Positions 6,982 through 17,760 of a stretch of 17,760 bases of DNA are shown here, one piece after another. This DNA comes from a bacterium (GTDB lineage Bacteria > Babelota > Babeliae > Babelales > JAUWHS01), in NCBI GenBank assembly GCA_043818275.1, contig JBDRFY010000037.1:1-17760 (forward strand), written 5' to 3'. Positions within the stretch are counted from its first letter, which is position 1; every line of letters starts with the position of its first letter. The notes below the pieces were generated by a model. That model ran no database searches. It was not told the DNA's origin and saw nothing but the letters and a program-made list of their open reading frames with translations. A program made the translations under genes and the position numbers.

Positions 6982-9528
6982 TTAATTTTTGCCGCAGCAA
7001 TGCTTGAATTTTTTCCCTGATCCGCATGGGCAAGGAGAATTTCTTCCAACTTTTGGTTGCGTTCTGTGAATTGTTTTGCTTTCTCCAGAAGTTGAATCAT
7101 CACCACCAATTTGTATGTTTGAAAGTTCTTCTTCCTTTTCTTTTTCTATTTCATGAAATGAAGAAAGGGAGACATTTTCTGGCCTTAATCTGAAAATTCT
7201 TTGAACAATGTCCCATTTAATCTGATTCATCATGTTTTCAAATTCGAAAAATGATTCTTTTTTGTATTCAACTAATGGATTTTTTTGTCCATAACCGCGC
7301 AATCCAATACCTTCTTTAAGGTGATCCATGTTTAAAAGATGATTTTTCCATGCAGTATCAATTGTATCTAATAAAATCCATTTTTCTGCCTGGCGTATGA
7401 CTTCTTCAGGCAAAAGTTTGCGGTATGTTTCGTATTGATAAAATAAATAATCAATTACTTTTTCTTCAAAATCAATTGTTTGAGTATGTTCAAAATTTAT
7501 TTTTTCAAATTCAGATTCAGGAATATTTGCCAGTTTGCTTAAAACTTTAATAATTTCTGTTGATTGTTCTCCAGTGCACGTTTTTTTAGGGCAATGAATC
7601 GCGAAAAGATTATGAACAATACTTGCAATCATATCCTTTGCTAAGCTTAATGCTTGCTCAGCACCTTCCAAAATTTCCCGGCGGTAATCATAAATTACGG
7701 TTCTTTGTTGATTCAAAACATCATCGTATTCCAATAAATGTTTTCTTGCGTCAAAATTATGTTTTTCAACTTTTTTCTGAGCTTCTTCGATACTTTTTGA
7801 AACCATTGAATGTTCAATACTTTCTCCCGGTTTCATCCCAAGGCGCATCATTGTATTTTTTAATTTTTCTCCACCAAAAATTCGCATTAAATCATCTTCA
7901 AGTGCGACGTAAAATTTGGATGAACCAGGATCTCCCTGACGTCCAGACCTACCGCGAAGCTGATTGTCTATTCTTCGACTCTCATGCCGTTCGGTACCAA
8001 TAATTCTTAATCCCCCAAGTTCTACAACACCTTGACCCAATTTAATATCTGTTCCTCGACCAGCCATGTTTGTAGCAATTGTGATTTTATGTTTTTCTCC
8101 GGCTTCAGCGACAATTTCTGCTTCTTTGCCGTGGTTTTTTGCATTCAAAACGTTGTGTTGTATTCCGGTTTTGTTGAGCAAGTAACTTAAATATTCTGAA
8201 TGTTCAACAGAAGCTGTGCCAACAAGTGCGGGTTGCCCGCGATGATGACAATCTTTTATATCTTCAATAACGCTATCAAATTTATCTTTTGTTGTTAAAA
8301 AAACTATGTCTGGTTCATCAAGTCTGATCATGGGTTTATTTGTTGGGATGGAGAGAACTTCAAGTTTATAAATTGTGTGAAATTCTCCAGCTTCAGTTAA
8401 AGCTGTTCCTGTCATACCGGAAAGTTTTTTGTACATTCTAAAATAATTTTGCAATGTAATTGTTGCGACGGTTTGATTTTCGCGCTCAACTTTTACACCT
8501 TCTTTTGCTTCAATTGCCTGGTGAAGTCCATCGCTGTAACGTCTTCCAGGCATAATTCTTCCGGTAAATTCATCAACAATTAAAACCTGATTGTCCCTTA
8601 AAACATATTCGACATCTATTTTAAATAAAGTGTGAGCTTTTAGTGCTTGTTGAACATGATGATTTATTAAAATATTTTCTGGAGCATATAGATTTTTGAT
8701 ATTTAAACTTCTTTCAACTTTATCTGTTCCTGTTTCAGTTAAATTTGCAGTTCTGGCTTTTTCATCAATTTCATAATCTTCATCTTTTTTTAAATTTATT
8801 ACCGCCTTGTTTGCAACCATATAAAGATCGGCGCCTTTTTCACATGCACCAGAAATAATTAAAGGTGTTCTTGCTTCATCGATAAGAATAGAGTCAACTT
8901 CGTCAACAATTGCGAAATTTAAATCTCGTTGAACATATTCTGAAAGATCAAATTTCATGTTGTCCCGAAGATAATCGAATCCAAATTCGCTGTTTGTTCC
9001 GTAAGTTATATCTGCGTTGTAGGCTATTTTGCGTTCATCATCTTCCATTGAGTTTTGAATGATTCCAACTTCTAAACCTAAATAATTATAAATGGGTTTC
9101 ATCCATTCGGCGTCCCGTTTTGCCAGATAGTCGTTAACGGTTACAAGATGAGCGCCTTTTCCGGAAAGCGCGTTTAAATAAAGAGGTAGGGTTGCGACTA
9201 AAGTTTTGCCTTCTCCTGTTTTCATCTCCGCAATTTTTCCATGATGTAAAACCATACCGCCGACAAGTTGGCAATCAAAATGTCGCATATTTAATGTTCG
9301 TTTACCTGCTTCACGAGCAAGTGCAAATGCCTCAGGCAAAATACTGTCCAATGATTCACCATTGGCAATTCTATGCCTAAACTCATTCGTTTTATCTTTA
9401 ATTTCCTGTTCAGAAAGCCGAGAGACTGATTCTTCCAGTGCGTTTATTTTTTGAACAATGGGGCGAAGTTTTTTTAATTCACGTTGGTTTTTGGTACCAA
9501 CAATTAAGGTTAAAATTTTCGTAATCAT
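6982..9528 (-). CDS. secA: Preprotein translocase subunit SecA
   Basis: [62 protein letters not shown] and the C-terminal SEC-C motif [14 protein letters not shown]. Confidence 0.99.
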   Translation of the reverse strand: MITKILTLIVGTKNQRELKKLRPIVQKINALEESVSRLSEQEIKDKTNEFRHRIANGESLDSILPEAFALAREAGKRTLNMRHFDCQLVGGMVLHHGKIAEMKTGEGKTLVATLPLYLNALSGKGAHLVTVNDYLAKRDAEWMKPIYNYLGLEVGIIQNSMEDDERKIAYNADITYGTNSEFGFDYLRDNMKFDLSEYVQRDLNFAIVDEVDSILIDEARTPLIISGACEKGADLYMVANKAVINLKKDEDYEIDEKARTANLTETGTDKVERSLNIKNLYAPENILINHHVQQALKAHTLFKIDVEYVLRDNQVLIVDEFTGRIMPGRRYSDGLHQAIEAKEGVKVERENQTVATITLQNYFRMYKKLSGMTGTALTEAGEFHTIYKLEVLSIPTNKPMIRLDEPDIVFLTTKDKFDSVIEDIKDCHHRGQPALVGTASVEHSEYLSYLLNKTGIQHNVLNAKNHGKEAEIVAEAGEKHKITIATNMAGRGTDIKLGQGVVELGGLRIIGTERHESRRIDNQLRGRSGRQGDPGSSKFYVALEDDLMRIFGGEKLKNTMMRLGMKPGESIEHSMVSKSIEEAQKKVEKHNFDARKHLLEYDDVLNQQRTVIYDYRREILEGAEQALSLAKDMIASIVHNLFAIHCPKKTCTGEQSTEIIKVLSKLANIPESEFEKINFEHTQTIDFEEKVIDYLFYQYETYRKLLPEEVIRQAEKWILLDTIDTAWKNHLLNMDHLKEGIGLRGYGQKNPLVEYKKESFFEFENMMNQIKWDIVQRIFRLRPENVSLSSFHEIEKEKEEELSNIQIGGDDSTSGESKTIHRTQPKVGRNSPCPCGSGKKFKHCCGKN

Positions 9529-9701
9529 CTTTTTAATCCCGGATTATTTAAAATTTAATTATCTTTTGTTAAGAATTAAAATTCTATCATAAATACCGTT
9601 AGAGATAAAATTGTAATAAATTTACATGCTATTTGAATGAATAATTTTAAACATTATAGCATGCAATTTAAATTAAGTTTTAGGATTAAATTGTATTATA
9701 A

Positions 9702-11491
<1,790 letters not shown>

Positions 11492-11509
11492 TTGTTTTTT
11501 CAACCTCTG

Positions 11510-11537
11510 TTGATTTATTAAACGTATCTGTTAGTAT
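11510..11537 (+). promoter_or_regulatory. Possible promoter for NTT paralog 1
   Basis: TTGATT (11510-11515), 16-bp spacer, TGn-extended TAGTAT (11532-11537). Confidence 0.35.
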
Positions 11538-11570
11538 CAACCTTTCTTTTTATAGATATCGTTAAAGTTT

Positions 11571-11640
11571 AGGTCTTCTTTAGGTTTTCAGGCATAATTT
11601 AGTTTCTTAATATACCTAGGAGAGGCCTTTTTATTTTTTT
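11571..11640 (+). terminator. Hairpin plus U-tract (atpDC terminator or NTT1 leader attenuator)
   Basis: AGGTCTTCTTTAGGT (11571-11585) pairs with ACCTAGGAGAGGCCT (11614-11628) using G-U pairs and one mismatch, followed by TTTTATTTTTTT. Confidence 0.5.
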
Positions 11641-11655
11641 AGGGTTTTAAGTTTT

Positions 11656-12985
11656 ATGTTAAAAAAAATAGTCACACTTTTATGGGGTGATTTAAATAAT
11701 CAGGAAATAAAAAAATTTTCATTACTTGCGCTTGGTTTTTTTATAATTATTGGTTCTTATTGGCCGCTTAAAGCGTTAAAAGATGGAATTTTTATTAATC
11801 TTGTTGGCGCAAAATATCTACCAGATGTTAAAGTTTTATCTTTACTTACGTATTTTCCGTTAATTATTTTTTATTCAAAAATTGTTGATTATTTTTCTAA
11901 AGAAAAAATTTTATATATTTTTATTTTTTCATTTGGGACCTTAGGTCTTTTATTAACTTATTTATTAATTCATCCATCAATTGGATTGTCTAATATTTCT
12001 TGTGGCCCACACAGATTAATAGGTTGGATATTTTATATATTTGTTGAGAGTTATATTAATTTTATTGTTTCTATTTATTGGGCTTTTATAAATGATGTAA
12101 CAACTCCTGAATCAGCAAAAAAAAGGTTATGGAATGATTGCTTTTGGTACTCAGCTTGGTGGAGTAACGTTTACTTTTTTGGGACATTTTTTATCCAGGG
12201 ATCCAAATTTATATTCATCCAGGGCACCATTAATTGCTTTTATTTCGGTAGTAACTTTTTTTGGTTTGGCTTTAGTTATTTGGTCGTTAAAACATTTTGT
12301 TTCTAATGAAGAATTGAAAGGTTATCAAAGTAAAAATGAAGACATTAAAGAAAAAATAAGAGTTGGCTTTCTGGATGGTTTTAAAGTAATTATTTCCCGT
12401 CCTTACGTTGCAGGTATTTTTGCAATTATTTTTATTTATGAGGCTGTGACCACAATTCTTAATTTTCAAATGTATTCTTTGGCAAAGAAAACATTTATTG
12501 ATCCGGGACAACTTAATAAATTTATTTTTGATTATGCTTTAATGGTTCAGGCTTTAGCTTGTATAATTGCTTTATTTGGTACGTCATTTTTTCAAAGAAA
12601 ATTTGGTATAAAATTTTGTTTGATTGCTTATCCGGCAATTTTAGGTTTGGCGATTATTTTTTATACAATTTACCCAACTTTAAATGTTGTTTTATTTGCT
12701 GTCATTTTATCAAAAGCTTTGAATTATAGTTTTAATCAACCAACAAAAGAGTCTTTATATATACCAACAAGTAAGGAAATAAAATATAAATCAAAGGCAT
12801 GGATAGATGTTTTTGGCGCAAGAGTTGCTAAAACATTTGGATCAGGATTTTATAAAGCGGCAGGTTCTTTGGTTGGTTTTACTTCTATGGTTACCTTGGG
12901 GATGATTGCTTTGTGGATTATTTTATCAGATAAAGTTGGCAAAAAATTTCATAAAATTGTTTCAAAAAACGAATTAATTCATTAA
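11656..12985 (+). pseudogene. Nucleotide transporter (NTT/Tlc, ATP:ADP antiporter family) paralog 1, split by a +1 frameshift
   Basis: ORFs 11656-12306 and 12134-12985 are the N- and C-terminal parts of one NTT. Deleting one A from the A8 run at 12117-12124 gives a continuous 442-aa protein reading AKKGYGMIAF, matching AKKGYGMMAF in paralog 3. May be a sequencing error rather than a true pseudogene. Confidence 0.85.
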
Positions 12986-13004
12986 AAATAAATATTTTTT
13001 ATTT

Positions 13005-13032
13005 TTGTACAAAATTAAAGTTTTGTTATAAT
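13005..13032 (+). promoter_or_regulatory. Probable sigma70 promoter for NTT paralog 2
   Basis: TTGTAC (13005-13010), 16-bp spacer, TGn-extended perfect TATAAT (13027-13032). Confidence 0.55.
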
Positions 13033-13168
13033 TAAGTCTTTCCCAGACCGTTATTTGGGGGATTAGAGACACACGCAGTCTTTTAAATCAATAAATTAAA
13101 AATACATTTAAGGATTTTATTTAAATAAGGTAATTGTTTATATTAATTGTTTTTTTTGAAAGGTTTTT

Positions 13169-14485
13169 ATGGCGTTTTTTAGTAAGGTTACAAAAACTTT
13201 ATGGGGCGATTTATCAAGGGATGAGTATAAAAAATTTGGTCTTTTAGCTTTAACCTTTTTATTTATTATTGGAACGTATTGGTTGATGAGACCATTAAAA
13301 GATAGCCTTTTCGGGTCTATTGTGGGAATTGAGTGGCAACCAAGAGCAAAAATGTTGTCTTTTTTATGTATTATTCCATTAATTATGATCTACTCAAAAC
13401 TGGTAGATTTATTTGATAAGCAAAAATTGTTTTATTTTGTAACAATTTTTTATTCAGCATTCTTTTTAATTATAGCTTTTCTGTTAATGCATCCTGCAAT
13501 TGGTCTAGGTAACCCGATTGCAAGTCCAAAAAGAATTTTGGGTTGGGTTATTTATGTTTCAATTGAAAGTTTTGGTTCATTAGTAGTAGCTCTTTTTTGG
13601 TCTTACGTTGCAAGTACAACGGAGGCTGCTTCAGCAAAAAGAGGTTATGCATTAATTATTTCAGGCGCGCAATTTGGATCAATTATGGGGCCAACATTGG
13701 GTAGTTTTGCAACAACAATTGGAACAGCGCCATTGATGTTTGTTGTCAGTTTAGGAATTTTAATTTCACCATTGATGATTAAATTATTTACCACAATAAT
13801 TCCGGAAAATTTAAGAACAACCCATTATGCGCAAATAAAATCAGCAGCAACTGGCCCATTGGAAGGTATTAAATTACTTTTAACCCGTCCATATTTGTTA
13901 GGAATTTTTGGTGTTGCAACATTATATGAAGTTGTTGGAACAATTATGGATTATCAGATGAAAGTTTTAGCGTTCAAACAATATTTAACTCCTGACAGCA
14001 GAACAGCATTTCTTTCTTTATTTGGTCAATCTGCAAATACATTAGCTTTAGTTTTTGCATTAATTGGCACAAGTTATTTTATGAGAAAATTTGGATTAAC
14101 TTTTTGTCTGGTTATGTTTCCTGTAACAGTTGGTTTGGTTGTCACTTATGTTTATATTAATCCGGTTTTGTGGGTTGTATTTGGCGCAATGATTGCTGTT
14201 AAAGGTTTGAGTTACGCTTTGAATAATCCATCTAAAGAAGTTATGTATATTCCAACAAGCAAAGATATCAAATTTAAAGCAAAAAGTTGGATTGATGCTT
14301 TTGGTGGAAGATCTGCCAAGGCTACAGGTTCAGCTGTAACTGATTTTTTCAGAGGAGCTCCGGCATCCTTGATGTTTTATGGAACTTTGATTTCTTTGGG
14401 AATTGTCGGATTGTGGATTTTTGTTGCGTTTGCAGTTGGAAATGCGTTTAATAAATTGCAAAAAGAAGATAAAGTTGTTTCATAG
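13169..14485 (+). CDS. Nucleotide transporter (NTT/Tlc family) paralog 2
   Basis: EYKKF, YWLMRPLKD, LFW...AKRGY and YALNNPSKEVMYIPTS.DIKFKAKSWID.FGGRSAK motifs of the TLC/AAA family; ~12 hydrophobic segments. Confidence 0.92.
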   Translation: MAFFSKVTKTLWGDLSRDEYKKFGLLALTFLFIIGTYWLMRPLKDSLFGSIVGIEWQPRAKMLSFLCIIPLIMIYSKLVDLFDKQKLFYFVTIFYSAFFLIIAFLLMHPAIGLGNPIASPKRILGWVIYVSIESFGSLVVALFWSYVASTTEAASAKRGYALIISGAQFGSIMGPTLGSFATTIGTAPLMFVVSLGILISPLMIKLFTTIIPENLRTTHYAQIKSAATGPLEGIKLLLTRPYLLGIFGVATLYEVVGTIMDYQMKVLAFKQYLTPDSRTAFLSLFGQSANTLALVFALIGTSYFMRKFGLTFCLVMFPVTVGLVVTYVYINPVLWVVFGAMIAVKGLSYALNNPSKEVMYIPTSKDIKFKAKSWIDAFGGRSAKATGSAVTDFFRGAPASLMFYGTLISLGIVGLWIFVAFAVGNAFNKLQKEDKVVS

Positions 14486-14504
14486 AAAAATAACTTTTTT
14501 TAAT

Positions 14505-14532
14505 TTGACAACAGTCCGGTGATTTGTATAAT
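14505..14532 (+). promoter_or_regulatory. Consensus sigma70 promoter of tRNA-fMet
   Basis: Perfect TTGACA (14505-14510), 16-bp spacer, perfect TATAAT (14527-14532). Confidence 0.85.
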
Positions 14533-14575
14533 CAGTTATACTTGATAATTAAAGTATAAATCAATTTAAATATAT

Positions 14576-14652
<77 letters not shown>

Positions 14653-14658
14653 AAATTG

Positions 14659-14689
14659 AGGCCCAGAATAATTTTTCAGGGCCTTTTTT
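14659..14689 (+). terminator. Intrinsic terminator of tRNA-fMet
   Basis: AGGCCC (14659-14664) / GGGCCT (14679-14684) stem followed by a T-run. Confidence 0.8.
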
Positions 14690-14776
14690 ATTTTTCTAGC
14701 TTTTTATTCATTTTTTACGTTATTTTCTAACCACAATTTATAAATAAGACGCCCATTTTAAATTTTGGGGGTGGTT

Positions 14777-15673
14777 ATGAAGGACATAAAATATCTAATT
14801 TTTGTATTGATATTTATTTTCAGGACAGTTTTATCTCAGGGTTCTGTTATTTTTTTAACTGGAACTTCAAGTTCAGGAAAAACATCTATTTTAAATGAAT
14901 TTAAAAGGATGGCTGTTGATTATGAATGTTTATCATGTGATGAATTTGTTCATGAAGCTTTTTTAAAGCTAGCAAGCGTTTGCCTTGGTTGTAAAGAAAA
15001 TTTTGAAAATATTAATAAAAAATTAAATGAAATTGAGAATGGTCAAAACATCAGAAGTGATTTGGAATGTTTGGCGGAAGTTCAGGGATTTGATAATTTT
15101 GTAATTAAAATTTTAGAATTAGTTGATCAGGATAAAAGAGTTGTTTGCGAAACAGTTTTACCCAGTCAAAAAGAACAATTAACTTTTTTATTTAATTCTT
15201 TATTAGATATAAGAACTTTTTTTGTTTTAGTTTATTGTCCTTTGGATTGTTTTAAAGAATTTGTTGAATCAAGAAATAAAAGGGCCTTAGAGGGAAAAAG
15301 TTTTGATGAAACGTTTGGTTGGCGGGATTTAAATGATGTTGTCGCGCAATTTTGTGAATATTATAAAATATTTGATAAAGAATGTGAAAAATATAAATCA
15401 TGCATAGGTGATATTGAGTTAAGTAAAGTTGAAAATTTTAATTTAATTTTAAAACCGAAAATATATAAATCTTTTTGCGAATATTTTAAATTGAAGAATT
15501 ATATGGATTGTTACGGTATAATTCCGGTTTTATGTTATGACTTAATTATAAATATTAAAGGAAAAACTTCCTTGCAATGTGCCATGGAAGTTTTATCTTC
15601 AAGTGGTTATGAAAATTTTGCCGTAAGAATGAATTGGTTGAATTTTAATTGTCCAAATATTTTTAATCAATAG
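14777..15673 (+). CDS. Chloramphenicol phosphotransferase (CPT)-like P-loop small-molecule kinase with N-terminal signal-like segment
   Basis: VIFLTGTSSSGKTS Walker A, FVLVYCPL...ESRNKR lid region and YDLIINI...TSLQCA C-terminal motif, all resembling the CPT family. Start placed at ATG 14777 after GGGGGTGG. Overlaps the NTT3 3' end by 11 nt. Confidence 0.75.
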   Translation: MKDIKYLIFVLIFIFRTVLSQGSVIFLTGTSSSGKTSILNEFKRMAVDYECLSCDEFVHEAFLKLASVCLGCKENFENINKKLNEIENGQNIRSDLECLAEVQGFDNFVIKILELVDQDKRVVCETVLPSQKEQLTFLFNSLLDIRTFFVLVYCPLDCFKEFVESRNKRALEGKSFDETFGWRDLNDVVAQFCEYYKIFDKECEKYKSCIGDIELSKVENFNLILKPKIYKSFCEYFKLKNYMDCYGIIPVLCYDLIINIKGKTSLQCAMEVLSSSGYENFAVRMNWLNFNCPNIFNQ

Positions 15674-17033
15674 TTTCGTTTTCATCATTTAATTTTTGAA
15701 ATTTATTTCCTGTAATTGCAGCGGTTACTGTCCAGACTCCAACAATACCGAGTGAAATTATACTTCCATAAAATAATAAATTTGGCAGAGAATGTTTGAA
15801 TGTATTTGACACTGCGGCCCCTATTCCTTTGGTGGATCTGCTTCCAAAAGTATCAATCCAGCCTTTGGATTTAAATTTTATATCATTGCTTGTTGGAATA
15901 TATAAAACTTCCATTGAGGGTTTGTTGAATGCGTAATTTAACCCTTTAATTGCAACAACGGATCCAAGCATTAACCACATTAATTGATAACTTGATATAT
16001 CAAAATGTCTCGTTAACAAAATTCCCGAAACAATAAAACCAATCAAAATTGGAAAAGACATAATACAAAATTTAAGACCAAATCTTCGCATAAAAAAACT
16101 TGTTCCAATTAAAGCAAAAAGTAAGGCAACCGTGTTTATTCCGATTGCCTGATAAGCTGTAAATGTAGCAAATTTTGCAGGAGTTAAATAAATTCCTGTT
16201 GCAATCCAATTCATTTGATATTCAAGAATTGTACTTATTGCTTCATAACCAGTTGCGACAACAAATATTCCAATAACATATGGTCTTGTTATTAAAATTT
16301 TTAACCCTTCAAAAAAGCCGGTTTTTAATTTTAATTTTTCTTTTTTTAATTGTTTGGGGGTTGGTTTTTCTGTTGGAATAACTTTTAGATAAAACATTAT
16401 TATGAATGGAACTAGTAAAATAATAATACTTCCAAAGGTGTATAATTTTGAAATACCAACAACTTGAGCATATTCCATTGTTATAAATGATCCTGTTATG
16501 GTTCCTATTTGAATTATAAACGCCATCATACCATAACCTTTTTTGGCCGATTCAGTTGTCATAACACTTGCAACAAAGGAATAAAAAATTGCAACGACTA
16601 ATGAACCATAACTTTCTAATAAAACGTAAGAAATCCAACCGATAGCTTTACCTGGGATCCATGAAACAAAAGGAAAAAGAAACGAATCAGTATTTAAAGA
16701 ACCAAATCCTGGATGAGCAATAATGTGTCCAACCAGAAAAAATGAAAAGCCATAAAGAATACAGAAAAAATATAGCAGATGTTGTTTTTTCATTAGGTCA
16801 ACAAGTTTGCTGTAAGCTAATACGATAAAGATCATTGCGACTAAAGAAAAGATTTTTGCAATTGGTTGCCATTCACGAAAACCAACGAACATATCAAAAA
16901 CAGCATTTTTTGTTGTTCGAAGCATCCAGTAGTTACCCAAAATGAGCATTATTGCAGTGGAAAGAATACCAAATTTTTTTAATTCTTCGTTGCTTAGATC
17001 ACCCCATAACGCTCTTAGTGGCTTGGGCAACAT
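15663..17033 (-). CDS. Nucleotide transporter (NTT/Tlc family) paralog 3
   Basis: LWGDLS.EELKKF, YWMLRTTKN, AKKGY and YAFNKPSMEVLYIPTS.DIKFKSKGWID.FGSR motifs; RBS AAGGAG on the minus strand at 17039-17044. Confidence 0.92.
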   Translation of the reverse strand: MLPKPLRALWGDLSNEELKKFGILSTAIMLILGNYWMLRTTKNAVFDMFVGFREWQPIAKIFSLVAMIFIVLAYSKLVDLMKKQHLLYFFCILYGFSFFLVGHIIAHPGFGSLNTDSFLFPFVSWIPGKAIGWISYVLLESYGSLVVAIFYSFVASVMTTESAKKGYGMMAFIIQIGTITGSFITMEYAQVVGISKLYTFGSIIILLVPFIIMFYLKVIPTEKPTPKQLKKEKLKLKTGFFEGLKILITRPYVIGIFVVATGYEAISTILEYQMNWIATGIYLTPAKFATFTAYQAIGINTVALLFALIGTSFFMRRFGLKFCIMSFPILIGFIVSGILLTRHFDISSYQLMWLMLGSVVAIKGLNYAFNKPSMEVLYIPTSNDIKFKSKGWIDTFGSRSTKGIGAAVSNTFKHSLPNLLFYGSIISLGIVGVWTVTAAITGNKFQKLNDENETID

Positions 17034-17076
17034 GATTTCTCCTTAAAAAAATTAAATTCTTAATTTACGAAAGCTG

Positions 17077-17105
17077 AATTTAGCATGCTGCCCTAATTTT
17101 TACAA
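17077..17105 (-). promoter_or_regulatory. Possible promoter for NTT paralog 3
   Basis: Minus strand TTGTAA, 17-bp spacer, TGn-extended TAAATT. Confidence 0.4.
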
Positions 17106-17194
17106 TATAAATTTATCTAAATGATTGACTGTAATTTTTGAAATAAAATAATCTCATATTTTTAATTGATGAATGTTTAGAAGGGGTAATGTGA

Positions 17195-17620
17195 ATGAAA
17201 AAAATAACTTTTTTCACCTATTGTTTACATTTAGTTTTGGTGGTTCTTTTTTGTAATTCTTTATTGCTTTCTCAAAAAGATGGACTACAAAAAATGGTCG
17301 AACAAAAACCATCCCAATTGATTCAACAATTAAATGAAATTAGGGGTTTATATTTTGTTTCCCCCTCAAAAGCATTTAAAGTTAAAAAAAAGCTTGAAAA
17401 AAAATATGCAAAAGGGAAGGTTTCTGAAAAAAAGGCGATAGAAACATTAGAAAAATTGTTTTCGTCATTATCTAGTAAGGATAAATTTGATATCGGAATT
17501 CAAATATTTAAAGAAAATGATAAATCTTCGTTTGTTACCCAAGAGCGTATTCTTGATGATGTTTCATTTAGAGATTTATCTATTTTTTATGGCAATCCAA
17601 CTTATCCAGAAAATAATTAA
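17195..17620 (+). CDS. Hypothetical exported protein, possibly a truncated fragment
   Basis: 141-aa ORF with signal peptide and RBS AAGGGG. Ends shortly after ILDDVSFRDLSIF, next to a hairpin element. Confidence 0.7.
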   Translation: MKKITFFTYCLHLVLVVLFCNSLLLSQKDGLQKMVEQKPSQLIQQLNEIRGLYFVSPSKAFKVKKKLEKKYAKGKVSEKKAIETLEKLFSSLSSKDKFDIGIQIFKENDKSSFVTQERILDDVSFRDLSIFYGNPTYPENN

Positions 17621-17760
17621 AAAGAGGTAAACCACTAGTTTGACTAGTGAGACTGTCAAAGCTTGGCTGAAATATTAAGTAAATACAAAAGATGATGCTT
17701 ACGATATATTCCTATCGGCTTAATGGTTGATAGGAGTATAAAAAATGCAAACATCATCAT
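17621..17760 (+). mobile_element. Possible left end of an IS200/IS605-type element (runs off the window)
   Basis: Perfect hairpin CACTAGT-TTG-ACTAGTG (17633-17649) in a GGTAAAC...AGACT context, directly after TTAA. Downstream are AGGAG (17732-17736) and ATG 17745 (MQTSS...). No transposase is visible in the window. Confidence 0.3.

Noticed and set aside
6915..9380. ORFs 6915-7109 (-), 7623-8003 (+), 9192-9380 (+)
   Set aside because: Alternative-frame or antisense overlaps of secA.
12125..12306. C-terminal tail of the 216-aa ORF as a real protein domain, or two independent half-transporters
   Set aside because: The tail is out-of-frame read-through after the A8 indel; homology to the paralogs continues in the +1 frame.
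12287..12511. 74-aa Cys-containing ORF (-)
   Set aside because: Antisense to the NTT1 C-terminal half.
14777..15673. Chloramphenicol resistance gene
   Set aside because: Only fold-level motif resemblance to CPT; the substrate cannot be inferred from sequence.

Overview
AT-rich bacterial chromosomal window. Gene content suggests an intracellular energy parasite, most plausibly Dependentiae (TM6/Babelota); this is inferred from gene content, not from a database match. In order it contains: a nested palindromic REP/MITE-like element; a stand-alone DsbD/CcdA transmembrane domain; a YbhB/YbcL (PEBP) protein; a second composite palindromic repeat; a thioredoxin reductase-thioredoxin fusion that unexpectedly starts with a lipoprotein signal peptide and has a repeat-like insert in its linker; three signal-peptide hypotheticals downstream of secA (two look like paralogous, catalytically degenerate alpha/beta-hydrolases); secA; atpD with a short atpC; three nucleotide transporter (NTT/Tlc) paralogs, one frameshifted at an A8 run; tRNA-fMet; a signal-peptide-bearing CPT-like P-loop kinase; and a short secreted ORF followed by a possible IS200/IS605-type end at the right edge. 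The best candidates for undescribed biology are the exported NTR-Trx plus bare DsbD-beta redox module and the atpDC / NTT x3 / exported kinase nucleotide-scavenging locus.
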